Origin: an uncultured Gammaproteobacteria bacterium
GTDB lineage: Bacteria > Pseudomonadota > Gammaproteobacteria > UBA4575
Length of the DNA stretch: 64,000 bases
NCBI GenBank assembly: GCA_963976865.1
Contig: CAXBLY010000001.1
Location: forward strand, 580,354 to 644,353
Direction: 5' to 3'
Position 1 is the first letter of the stretch. Each line of letters starts with the position of its first letter. This document shows positions 29,926-38,775 of this stretch, piece after piece. A program made the position numbers and the translations under genes. The notes under the pieces were generated by a model, which ran no database searches, was not told the DNA's origin, and saw only the letters and a list, made by a program, of their open reading frames with translations.

Positions 29926-30130
29926 CGCGTTTCAGGATCTTGCGCAACTGTTTTGCTGAAAGCACGATCACCATGTAAGCAGCAAATCCATAAAAAGCGT
30001 AAAAACCAAACCATTCTTCAAATTCAAAGTGTCCGTGCTTGTGATGAAAGACATCAACAAGCAGTACCGCAGCGCAAAGCGCATAAAGTGTGTAGACAAC
30101 AAAATTAATGAATTTTTTACTGTAGATCAT
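29906..30130 (-). CDS. small two-TM membrane protein (74 aa) embedded in the Mrp-like operon
   Basis: Overlaps the upstream stop (ATGA) and the downstream start by 20 nt, indicating translational coupling. His/aromatic-rich loop HHKHGHFEFEEWFGFYAFYGF. Confidence 0.55.
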   Translation of the reverse strand: MIYSKKFINFVVYTLYALCAAVLLVDVFHHKHGHFEFEEWFGFYAFYGFAAYMVIVLSAKQLRKILKRDEDYYD

Positions 30131-31599
30131 CTTAAATTGAGTAAAAGTAAAAAGTCATAAACATAAGGTAGTAAAAAGAATAGCACCAGGCATAAACCTG
30201 CTGTGACACATAAAGGCATGACGACTGCGAATGGTGCTTCCTGTATCCCTTTGCTTGCATGCCTGGGTTTAAGCATGTATCCATTAATTGCTATTGGCAT
30301 CAGGTAAATAATATTGAGTAATGTACTGATTAAAAATGCAATGGCAATGATGAGTCTGTCAGCGCTGAGTGCCCCGTCAATTAAAAACCATTTGCTCCAG
30401 CTGCCAGCAAGAGGCGGCAAGCCAATAATGCTGATCGCAGCGATAGTATAAGCCGCAAATGTAAATGGCATGGCGCGCCCTAAACCGTGCATATCACTAA
30501 TAAGTGTTTTCTTGGTGGCTGTGTATATCGCACCCGCGCAAAAGAATAGTGTAATCTTGCCTGCAGCATGAGTCGCCAAATGCAGTGATGAACCAATAAT
30601 GCTGGTTGAGGTTGCCAGCGCTGCGCCCAGAACAATATAAGCCAACTGGCTTACCGTGGAATAAGCCAGACGTGCTTTCAGATTATCCTGCTGTAATGCA
30701 ACCAGTGAAGCTAACAGCATTGTAATAGTCGCGACCCAGATAATTGGAGAGTTAGTGCCCGTGTCAGTGAGGACATCAATTCCAAATATATAGACAGTGA
30801 CCTTTAATACACAGAACACACCGGCTTTTACGACCGCAACAGCATGCAGTAATGCGCTTACTGGTGTAGGTGCCACCATTGCCGAAGGTAGCCAGCGATG
30901 GAAAGGCATTAATGCTGCTTTACCAATACCGAAGGCATACAAAGCAAATAGCAGCATCAATAAACCGTCAGGTAACCGGTTTTCCAGTATTCCTCCGACA
31001 GTAAAATCGAGCGTGCCCGTGATACTCCACGTCCATAGGATAGCCATTAACAAAAAGCCAATGGATGTGCCGATTAAAATCCCCAGGTAGACCCGGGCGC
31101 CGGCTTTGGCGTCATCTGTGCCTTTGTGAGCAACCAATGGGTAAGTGCTGAGAGTGAGTAGCTCATAGAAAATAAATAGAGTGAGCAGATTGGCTGAATA
31201 AGCGATACCCATGACAGCTGCCATAGCAAGACAGAAGCACATATAGAAACGTGCTAAATGTTTTTCCTTGTTGGCGTTCATATAGCCAATGGCATAAATA
31301 GTAGTGACTAGCCACAATCCTGATGCTACACAGGCATATAAAATGCCTAGAGGCTCGATATGAAATGCAATTGGAATGGAATCAACAAGCGTGAGTAATG
31401 TGAAACTTTGATAAAAAGCTTCTGGCCCCAAATTCACAATCGAAATGGTCACACCAAGCAAACCTATCGCCGTGCAGACAAATAATAATTCGATTAGACC
31501 GCGGTACCTGGCACCGGCAAATATTAACAGTGCGCCGATGACGGGCACTAACATGCTGGCATAAACATACATTTGCAGGTTTTGGCTTATGTCACTCAT
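30127..31599 (-). CDS. Mrp antiporter subunit D-like (NuoM/N family), copy 2
   Basis: 490 aa, Proton_antipo_M domain. 4-nt overlaps with its neighbours. Confidence 0.85.
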   Translation of the reverse strand: MSDISQNLQMYVYASMLVPVIGALLIFAGARYRGLIELLFVCTAIGLLGVTISIVNLGPEAFYQSFTLLTLVDSIPIAFHIEPLGILYACVASGLWLVTTIYAIGYMNANKEKHLARFYMCFCLAMAAVMGIAYSANLLTLFIFYELLTLSTYPLVAHKGTDDAKAGARVYLGILIGTSIGFLLMAILWTWSITGTLDFTVGGILENRLPDGLLMLLFALYAFGIGKAALMPFHRWLPSAMVAPTPVSALLHAVAVVKAGVFCVLKVTVYIFGIDVLTDTGTNSPIIWVATITMLLASLVALQQDNLKARLAYSTVSQLAYIVLGAALATSTSIIGSSLHLATHAAGKITLFFCAGAIYTATKKTLISDMHGLGRAMPFTFAAYTIAAISIIGLPPLAGSWSKWFLIDGALSADRLIIAIAFLISTLLNIIYLMPIAINGYMLKPRHASKGIQEAPFAVVMPLCVTAGLCLVLFFLLPYVYDFLLLLNLR

Positions 31600-33071
31600 T
31601 GTTTAAACAATGCCTCTGCTGCCGCAGTTGCCACATCCACTGGATAGCTGCTGTCGATACCAAAGTACAAGCTGGTTAGTACCATTATCCAGGTGCAGGC
31701 GAGGAGTAGTGGAGGAGCTTCTTTAATGCCTGCATAACTTTGACTTGGTTGACGAAAATATATCTGTTCAATGACACGCCAAATATAAATCACCGATAAC
31801 AGAGACGTGAATAAAACAATGACTGCAAGCCACCAATAATCTTTTTCAAGGATAGCTAATACCAGATACCATTTGCTGATAAAGCCGGATGTCAATGGCA
31901 CGCCAATTAAAGCAAGCCCGCCAATCACAAATGCTGCTGATGTCCATGGCATGACACGACCAGCACCGGCCAAATTAACAAGAAGGGTGGAATGGAAACG
32001 GGAATATAAACAGGCCAGGCACATGAATAAAGCGCCTTTAATAAAGGCGTGATTAAACAAATGAATAATGCTTGCGATCAGGCCCGCTTTGGTTTCGAGG
32101 GCAATTCCCATAGTCATATAACCAATCTGTCCCAGACTGGAGTAGGCTAATAAACGTTTCACGCCGGGCTGAAAAATAGCAGTGAATGAACTTAAAATGA
32201 TCGCCACAATTGACAGAGGTAACAGAATGTAACCCAGGTGAAGTAAATCAAATGAGAATTCAAATCCAAAGATAGTGTAGAAAACACGATAGAGTAAATA
32301 TAAAGCAACCTTGGTAGCAGTGGCTGCTAAAAATATACTCACTACAGATGGAGCGTGTGCATACGCATTTGGAAGCCAGTGATGCAGAGGGAATAATGCA
32401 AGTTTTAGGCAAATACCTACAGTGAAAAATGCAAATGCTGCATGTATTGCACGAAAGCCATCAACTTCATGGATGCGTACCTTCAAGTCAAGCATGTTTA
32501 AGGTGCCGGTTTGCATATACAGCAAGCCGATACCAATAAGTATGAAGGTAGCGCCAATGGTACCCATGATTAAATATTCATAGGAGGCAGTGAGCGCTTT
32601 GCGGTCATCTCCCATGGCAATCATGGCATAGGAGGCAAGTGAACTGATTTCAAGAAATACAAATACGTTAAATGCATCGCCAGTGGCTACAATTCCTAAC
32701 AAGCCTGTAAAGCAAAGTAGAAAGGCGGTATAGAATAATGCATGTTTACCGGCATCTATTTCATTTTCGACAAGCTGACGTGAGGCCAGTAGCGTAATGG
32801 AAGCAATAGCAGTGATTAATACCAGCACAAATGCGCTAATCAGGTCGATATGGTACTGGATACCCCAGGGAGCTGGCCAGCTCCCTAGCTCATAGGTTAG
32901 TGCGCCACCAGCTCTTACCTGCAGAATTAATAATACGGAAATAGCAAATGCAACCCAGGCAATGGCCGTTGCAAATAACCAGGGCAGCCTTGACCTCGGC
33001 AGCAGGCTGCATAAAGGTGCTGCAATAAGCGGAATAACAACTTGCAGAATTGGATAATGTGCTGCGATCAC
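31596..33071 (-). CDS. mrpD: Mrp antiporter subunit D-like (NuoM/N family), copy 1
   Basis: 491 aa, Proton_antipo_M domain (AFLFFTVGICLKLALFPLHHWLPNAYAHAPS). Confidence 0.85.
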   Translation of the reverse strand: MIAAHYPILQVVIPLIAAPLCSLLPRSRLPWLFATAIAWVAFAISVLLILQVRAGGALTYELGSWPAPWGIQYHIDLISAFVLVLITAIASITLLASRQLVENEIDAGKHALFYTAFLLCFTGLLGIVATGDAFNVFVFLEISSLASYAMIAMGDDRKALTASYEYLIMGTIGATFILIGIGLLYMQTGTLNMLDLKVRIHEVDGFRAIHAAFAFFTVGICLKLALFPLHHWLPNAYAHAPSVVSIFLAATATKVALYLLYRVFYTIFGFEFSFDLLHLGYILLPLSIVAIILSSFTAIFQPGVKRLLAYSSLGQIGYMTMGIALETKAGLIASIIHLFNHAFIKGALFMCLACLYSRFHSTLLVNLAGAGRVMPWTSAAFVIGGLALIGVPLTSGFISKWYLVLAILEKDYWWLAVIVLFTSLLSVIYIWRVIEQIYFRQPSQSYAGIKEAPPLLLACTWIMVLTSLYFGIDSSYPVDVATAAAEALFKQ

Positions 33072-33430
33072 TCTTCTTCTAGCTCGATTTTTTCGATTTC
33101 CTGCTCATCAATAGACTGATAGCGCTTGTTTATATTCACCACCAGGGCTAAACCAACAGCTGTCGTTGCAACACTGACGACAATCGCTGTCAGTATAAGG
33201 ACATGAGGTAATGGATTGGAAAACACGCTGTAGCCTTCTTCAAGTATAGGCGCCGTGCCTCCATCTACTTTGCCCATTGAAATAAATAAAATGAACACAG
33301 ATGTCTGGAAAATATTCAGGCCGATGAGTTTTTTCAGCAGATTAGTGTGATCAATCACAATGTACAGACCTGCCATCATTAGCATTACGCAGATCCAGTA
33401 ATTATATTGAGCAGAAATGAGATCAATCAT
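33068..33430 (-). CDS. mrpC: Mrp antiporter subunit C (NuoK-like)
   Basis: 120 aa, three TM, NuoK/MnhC pattern (LIGLNIFQTSVFILFIS). Confidence 0.8.
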   Translation of the reverse strand: MIDLISAQYNYWICVMLMMAGLYIVIDHTNLLKKLIGLNIFQTSVFILFISMGKVDGGTAPILEEGYSVFSNPLPHVLILTAIVVSVATTAVGLALVVNINKRYQSIDEQEIEKIELEEE

Positions 33431-33852
33431 TATTTCTTGAATTTGGCGAAAGAGTAAAAAATAGAAATAATTACCGTTGCTACCGTTATGCCAACACCCA
33501 GTTCAATAATTAATATTCCCCAATGCTGCCCATGTACCGGGTCATGGGCGAGTACGTTGTAATCCAGATAATTGCCACCGAGAAAAATACCTAAAATGCC
33601 AACGCCGGCATACAGCAGCAGGCCCAGCGCCGCTAAAATTCTCGCGGTATTAAGTGAAATGACTTTTTCTGCACGTTTGGTACCGTGTAGAAGGCTATAT
33701 AAAATAATGCCACTGGCAAAAATCACGCCAGCCTGAAAGCCGCCACCAGGGCCATAATCTCCATGAAACTGCACATATAATGCTAATAGTAATATGGCGG
33801 GGATCAGAAGATGGCTTGATTCAAGCAGGATAGGGTTTTTTCTAACACTCAT
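33430..33852 (-). CDS. mrpB: Mrp antiporter subunit B (MnhB domain)
   Basis: GDYGPGGGFQAGVIFASG is the hallmark MnhB motif. 140 aa. Confidence 0.8.
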   Translation of the reverse strand: MSVRKNPILLESSHLLIPAILLLALYVQFHGDYGPGGGFQAGVIFASGIILYSLLHGTKRAEKVISLNTARILAALGLLLYAGVGILGIFLGGNYLDYNVLAHDPVHGQHWGILIIELGVGITVATVIISIFYSFAKFKK

Positions 33853-34358
33853 GATTTATTTCGGCGAGAGCCCCGGTTAAGACCAAGTAATAGCATCACA
33901 GCGATTAACGCTGTGAATACAACGGCCACTTCACCCAGGGTATCAAAGCCCCGGTAGCTTGCGAGCACAGAAGTCACTATATTGGGGATACCAATTTCTT
34001 CACCACTTTGCTCTATATAACGTGGCGCTACATGAGTATGGACAGGTGCATTGGGGTCACCGAATGCTGGCATGTCGCTGGTGGAATAAATTAAACCAGC
34101 ACCGGTCACTAATACCACAAATACAGGGATTACATGATTCTTACGTGTAAGCACCTGATGTTTGCCGGTAACGGCGAGCGCGCTCAGGAATAATACGGTT
34201 GAGATACCGGCACCCACTGCGGCCTCGGTAAAAGCGACATCAACAGCGTCCAAAAGGACAAAGAATGTTGCAGACAACAGGCTGTATATTCCGCCAAGCA
34301 TAATCACTGAAAGAATATTACGCATGGCAATAATGGCGATTGCGGTAGTCGCAAGCAT
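33849..34358 (-). CDS. DUF4040 / MrpA C-terminal-domain-like protein (MbhD/E-like)
   Basis: DAVDVAFTEAAVGAG (DUF4040 signature) and NIVTSVLASYRGFDTLGEVAVVF (MnhB-type motif). Corresponds to the C-terminal part of canonical MrpA encoded as a separate gene. Confidence 0.7.
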   Translation of the reverse strand: MLATTAIAIIAMRNILSVIMLGGIYSLLSATFFVLLDAVDVAFTEAAVGAGISTVLFLSALAVTGKHQVLTRKNHVIPVFVVLVTGAGLIYSTSDMPAFGDPNAPVHTHVAPRYIEQSGEEIGIPNIVTSVLASYRGFDTLGEVAVVFTALIAVMLLLGLNRGSRRNKS

Positions 34359-34378
34359 GCTTAATAAAAATATGTTGA

Positions 34379-34702
34379 CTAGGTTTTCGATGATGAATCC
34401 TTACCAGTGATTAAGTGACGGTCTTCGTGTATGGCTGTATTGACGAGAGCGTGAATAGCTGTAGGCCCGGTGATTAACAGAAACAGCAGAATCAATATGA
34501 GCTTGATTGATGCCATGCTGATTCCTGCATACAGAATTAAACCACTAATGATCAAAATGGCGCCAAAGCTGTCGATCAAACTGGCTGCATGTACTCGGGT
34601 AATGAAGCTTGGCATTTTCATTATGCCGAATGCACCGATTAGACAAAACAGGCAACCTGTTAATACCAGTATAGTACTTAGTCCATAAATCAGTAACTGC
34701 AT
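34379..34702 (-). CDS. mrpG: Mrp antiporter subunit G
   Basis: 107 aa. RVHAASLIDSFGAILIISG and TGPTAIHALVNTA match the MnhG/PhaG family. Confidence 0.8.
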   Translation of the reverse strand: MQLLIYGLSTILVLTGCLFCLIGAFGIMKMPSFITRVHAASLIDSFGAILIISGLILYAGISMASIKLILILLFLLITGPTAIHALVNTAIHEDRHLITGKDSSSKT

Positions 34703-34977
34703 TAAGAGCCTTCCTCTTCGCGATGCCCTAGATCATTAAAGCGGTACAGCTTTAAAACGGCGACTGTGCCGGTAAAATTAATCAGTGAATATACCAGTGC
34801 AATGTCCATAAATGCAGGGCGCTGCATATAAAATCCCAGAATGGCGATAGCCAATACAGTGGCAGTACCAAAAGTGTTGATTGCCAGGATACGGTCATAC
34901 AGAGAGGGACCTAGCCATGCACGTAAAATTACGATCACCATGACTATCATCATTGAAATAAGTGCTGCAGTAATCAA
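34702..34977 (-). CDS. mrpF: Mrp antiporter subunit F
   Basis: 91 aa. YDRILAINTFGTATVL...DIALVYSLINFTGTVAVLK matches the MrpF/PhaF family. Confidence 0.8.
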   Translation of the reverse strand: MITAALISMMIVMVIVILRAWLGPSLYDRILAINTFGTATVLAIAILGFYMQRPAFMDIALVYSLINFTGTVAVLKLYRFNDLGHREEEGS

Positions 34978-35453
34978 CGAATGCCGCCTTCCAGTTTAGT
35001 GACACGTTTGTCTATGTCTCCGTCTATAATTCCCTGAGCAGTATGATCTGTTAATGCATGCACAAGAATTTCATTATTATTGATATCAACACTTATTGTT
35101 CCGGGCGTAAGAGTTATGCTATTTGCATGCACCGCAAGCCCTGTGGTGGTTTTTTGACTGGGTCTGGAGCATACAGTTTGTGGCTGAAGTCTATTGCTTG
35201 AGCTTAAAATACAGCGTGCAACATGTATGTTTGATTTGGTTATCTCTTTCAGTAACCAGGGAATATAAAGCGGTAAGCGCAGATTGATTTTAATCCTCTC
35301 ATGATGAGAGCTATAGATCTTTAGTCTGATAGAGAGATAGGTAACAAGTGCGCAGGAAACCACCCCAAAAATAATAAGATTGGTCTTGAAATAACCAGAT
35401 AGCAGCAACCAAAGTATAAATAGGCTGGTAAAACTAAGAATGACTGTTTTCAA
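34974..35453 (-). CDS. mrpE: Mrp antiporter subunit E
   Basis: 159 aa, with the conserved SITLTPGT motif of MnhE. Apparent TTG start with no clear SD. First gene of the cluster. Confidence 0.75.
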   Translation of the reverse strand: MKTVILSFTSLFILWLLLSGYFKTNLIIFGVVSCALVTYLSIRLKIYSSHHERIKINLRLPLYIPWLLKEITKSNIHVARCILSSSNRLQPQTVCSRPSQKTTTGLAVHANSITLTPGTISVDINNNEILVHALTDHTAQGIIDGDIDKRVTKLEGGIR

Positions 35454-35471
35454 GTTTTATTGTAATTTATC

Positions 35472-35485
35472 AATGAATATTCATT
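35472..35485. promoter_or_regulatory. perfect 14-bp palindrome AATGAATATTCATT 19-32 nt upstream of mrpE
   Basis: Sits in the 55-nt gap between the epimerase gene and mrpE. Extended 9-0-9 near-palindrome TCAATGAAT|ATTCATTAA. A candidate operator. Confidence 0.35.
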
Positions 35486-35508
35486 AACATACCTAGCCAC
35501 AGGGAATA

Positions 35509-36411
35509 TTACAAATTTTTTAGGTCTAAACTTCTGAAGCAGTCTTCAAGCCCTAATGCCAGGGTAGGAAATTGAATCTCCACATCCAGTAATGCATTCA
35601 TTTTATCAAGTGATAAACGCCTGGATTCATTGATAAAGGACAACATCCCTGCGGATAATTTTTCCTGGGCCTGTGACAGGGGTACGCAGGGTGGTCTGGG
35701 TAAGCCTGCAAAGTCGGCTATTTTGTAGTAATAATCGGACATTGAGGTTGGCTGACCGTCTGCAATATTAATCACCTCATTTTGAATCTTATTTAACATC
35801 GCAGAAACACATACTGCAGCAAGGTCTGCCACATGAATCCGATTGCTGGGCGGGGCCTCTTCAGGACAGATGACAGTAATGTTTTTAAGTCTTTCCAGAG
35901 GTAGACGGGAAGGGCCATAAATACCCCCCACTCTCAGGATGACATACTCGCAACGATGCCGAAGACAGTACCTGATTAGCGCTTTTTCAGCATAAACACG
36001 GCGTTTGGCTCGGGCAGTCACAGGCGCCAGCGGGTGATCTTCAGTTACCCAGTTTCCCTGACAGTCTCCATAAACTCCGGAGGTACTTATATAGACAATT
36101 TTCCGTGGTGGGCTGGATTTACATAAATTCAGGAAATTTTCTATACGGTGATCATCATTATCCGTATGACTGGGCGGGGCCAGATAATACGCCTGGTCGA
36201 TGTGAGCTGCCCATTCAGGCTGATCTCGAATAGGTGTATCCAGGTCGCAAATAACGGCATGCAATTGCCTGTCGACAAGTGTCTGACAACTTGATTCAGA
36301 CTGAACGACACAGGTTGGGTTTTGCTGATTATTTAAAAGCAGTTTGGCTAGATAAGAGCCAAGAAAACCGCAGCCAATAATAACAGGCTGCGGGGAAGTA
36401 TCGGCTGACAC
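35509..36411 (-). CDS. NAD-dependent epimerase/dehydratase family protein
   Basis: N-terminal Rossmann motif VIIGCGFLGSYLAKLL. 300 aa SDR-extended type. Confidence 0.75.
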   Translation of the reverse strand: MSADTSPQPVIIGCGFLGSYLAKLLLNNQQNPTCVVQSESSCQTLVDRQLHAVICDLDTPIRDQPEWAAHIDQAYYLAPPSHTDNDDHRIENFLNLCKSSPPRKIVYISTSGVYGDCQGNWVTEDHPLAPVTARAKRRVYAEKALIRYCLRHRCEYVILRVGGIYGPSRLPLERLKNITVICPEEAPPSNRIHVADLAAVCVSAMLNKIQNEVINIADGQPTSMSDYYYKIADFAGLPRPPCVPLSQAQEKLSAGMLSFINESRRLSLDKMNALLDVEIQFPTLALGLEDCFRSLDLKNL

Positions 36412-36429
36412 TGAAAACTGACTTAAGCG

Positions 36430-37602
36430 TTATCGTGATGCGATATGTAAACCTTTTTTGGCGCAACGTTGTGCGTCAATAGGTTCATCTAGAAACTCAT
36501 GCAGTTCGGCGAGCTCTGCATAGGTGCCAACTAATGGCTTGCGGCTTAGGCTGGACTCAAGATAACTTTTGGCCTTACCCCAAAGCTTTTGGTGTTTGTT
36601 GAGGCGGCCTAATGTCAATAACAGACCTGCGCTGTCTTTGTGGTGATTTAACCAGTCTTCACTTTGCCTGGTTCTCTGGGGAAGGTTGTCGATTTTCAGT
36701 AACCCATATTCCTGGACCAAATCTTCATCCCAGTTCATATCAAGTTGAGTCTTGATGATTTGTTCAGCGACAGTGTCGTGTCCATGCCGGATTAGCGTAC
36801 GAACATAGGCGTGTAACAGGGATGCGTTAGCCTGTAATTGCTTGTGATAGATCTTCCATAATCCGGACAGACGCTCCTCAGAGGAATTAGTGTCGTAATG
36901 ATCGATAGCCCACTCCAGACATCTGTTCACAGTATACTGAATGCGCGCTGCCTTGCTTGCATGGGGCAGCAGTTTCGGTAAACATGTTTCAACACCCTCA
37001 ATGTTATTGGTCTTGATATATGCATGGCAAAGCGTATTGAGATTACATATATTATCTACACTTTCATCACGCAGTAACATTAACGCTTTCTCGGGTTTCC
37101 CGTCTTCCAGACAGAATTCAGCTTCAATGGTGTTCGCTAGTGATTTCCCGCCTTCCAATTTTCTCAGACTGGTGACATGCGCATCACGTGTGTCATTCTG
37201 TCCGGAATTATGTGCGCAGTGTGCGGCAAACAGATGCTGGGCTTTTTGCATTGGGCTTTGTTTGATGTGCTTGGTTGCTGTGCGCATTGCTTCAGTCCAG
37301 TTGAACTGGCTGAAGTTAAGCATCGACGATTCCAGAGAATGCATAATTTCAAGATTACGTTTTTGCTGACGCCGGGTTTTTATGCGCCCCGGCAATCTGA
37401 ATAAGGCGCCAATAATGCGAAACAAAAAATATAAAATAATAAACGCAGCGATTGTCCAGTAATAAAACTGGGTAAGTGGCAGTTCTACAGTCGTGTCGCC
37501 GTAACTGAAAACAGCAAATCCTGGCTGGTGTCGCAGAATCAATATGTCCACACCGGCAACGATGAGACCAATGAGTAAAATGAATAATATTCGCTTAATC
37601 AT
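36430..37602 (-). CDS. hemY: heme biosynthesis-associated TPR protein HemY
   Basis: HemY_N-type N-terminus with two TM helices followed by a TPR-like region. Follows hemX as in E. coli and Pseudomonas. Confidence 0.8.
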   Translation of the reverse strand: MIKRILFILLIGLIVAGVDILILRHQPGFAVFSYGDTTVELPLTQFYYWTIAAFIILYFLFRIIGALFRLPGRIKTRRQQKRNLEIMHSLESSMLNFSQFNWTEAMRTATKHIKQSPMQKAQHLFAAHCAHNSGQNDTRDAHVTSLRKLEGGKSLANTIEAEFCLEDGKPEKALMLLRDESVDNICNLNTLCHAYIKTNNIEGVETCLPKLLPHASKAARIQYTVNRCLEWAIDHYDTNSSEERLSGLWKIYHKQLQANASLLHAYVRTLIRHGHDTVAEQIIKTQLDMNWDEDLVQEYGLLKIDNLPQRTRQSEDWLNHHKDSAGLLLTLGRLNKHQKLWGKAKSYLESSLSRKPLVGTYAELAELHEFLDEPIDAQRCAKKGLHIASR

Positions 37603-38756
37603 TACTTGTCCTTAAGGCTATTCACATGCTTCGCTAATAATATGGATGGTTCCGATATATCAGGTAACGAAGGCATTAAATTATTTTTATTTAACTGAGC
37701 AATTTCTTCAATGAGAGACGACTGATTGGAAAATTGATCGTTACTTTCTAACCATGCAAGTGCTGCGTTTAGTTGCTGGTGGAATGCATTGTTATCTCGT
37801 GTGCTTACCGCGTATTTTGCACCTAATAATTTATTGCGCAGAAAGTCATACGCACGCTTTTTTTCCTGTTCTTCAATAAATAGTGCAATTTTTTGCTCAC
37901 CATGTGTGACATTAACAGAGTCATTAAATGCAGCTTTAACTTTCTCAGCGGTGTTTTGAAGAAATTGTTTGCTGACTTCCAGAAGCTTTGCCGCATTAAA
38001 AGGTTTGTCGTTTGTTGTGTCCTGTTTTTCTGCAGGTTTAGCTGATGGAGTTTTTGCCTGTTTATCAGCGGCCTGACTGGTCGTTTGTTTTATCAAACCA
38101 TTTTTAAGTTCAGCGATGGTGTTATCCAGCTGAAGTTGTATGCCCGTGTAGTCAGGGTGTGGAAACTGACTTAATGCCTGCTTTTGTTTGGCGATGGACT
38201 GGCGAATTGGAATCAGGCGTACATCATGAATGTCGTTAAGACGTTGATCGGCTGCATTTAAGCCGGTAAGTGCGCCATCAAAATCCCGATCAAGTAACAG
38301 GCGATGCTGAGACATGCGTAAAACATGTTCGACCTCTTTCAGCATCCAGCCATTCTGGTCACGATTGACGACATCACTGGTGTGCTCGATGACCGTGGCA
38401 AGACGCTGCTGTTCTGTGTTTATTGATTCAAGGTTATTTGACAGACTGGTAATGCTGGAATTTGTATCGTCAATTTTTTTGTTGAAATTACGACTGAATT
38501 TCTGAATGTGAGGGTTCTCGTCGACGTTACCAAGTGCATGTTCAAGTGCGCGACGCTGTGTTTCAGCAGTCTGTAATTGTTTTTGCATTTGTTGCCAGAC
38601 GTAATATCCGGCACCGATACCGGCGACTGTTAATAAAAAAGTCAAAAATACAAAAAAGCCCAACAGTACGCCACCAGATTTCTGCTTGTTGGTATTCGCC
38701 ACAGGTTTGGCGGGCGGGGTTGTTGTCTGGGGTTCCGTGTCACCCTTAGTGCTCAT
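37602..38756 (-). CDS. hemX: HemX (uroporphyrinogen-III C-methyltransferase-annotated membrane protein)
   Basis: Pro/Thr-rich N-terminus, single TM (VLLGFFVFLTFLLTVAGIGAGYYVW), and a coiled-coil periplasmic domain. hemCDXY synteny. Confidence 0.8.
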   Translation of the reverse strand: MSTKGDTEPQTTTPPAKPVANTNKQKSGGVLLGFFVFLTFLLTVAGIGAGYYVWQQMQKQLQTAETQRRALEHALGNVDENPHIQKFSRNFNKKIDDTNSSITSLSNNLESINTEQQRLATVIEHTSDVVNRDQNGWMLKEVEHVLRMSQHRLLLDRDFDGALTGLNAADQRLNDIHDVRLIPIRQSIAKQKQALSQFPHPDYTGIQLQLDNTIAELKNGLIKQTTSQAADKQAKTPSAKPAEKQDTTNDKPFNAAKLLEVSKQFLQNTAEKVKAAFNDSVNVTHGEQKIALFIEEQEKKRAYDFLRNKLLGAKYAVSTRDNNAFHQQLNAALAWLESNDQFSNQSSLIEEIAQLNKNNLMPSLPDISEPSILLAKHVNSLKDK

Positions 38757-38775
38757 TGTTTCTCTCCGTTCAAGT

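Noticed and set aside
35472-35485. Interpreting the AATGAATATTCATT dyad as a Fur box or ARG box
   Set aside because: The Fur consensus is a 9-1-9 palindrome (GATAATGAT-a-ATCATTATC) and the ARG box is TGAAT-N4-ATTCA. This dyad has neither spacing. It is kept only as a generic candidate operator.
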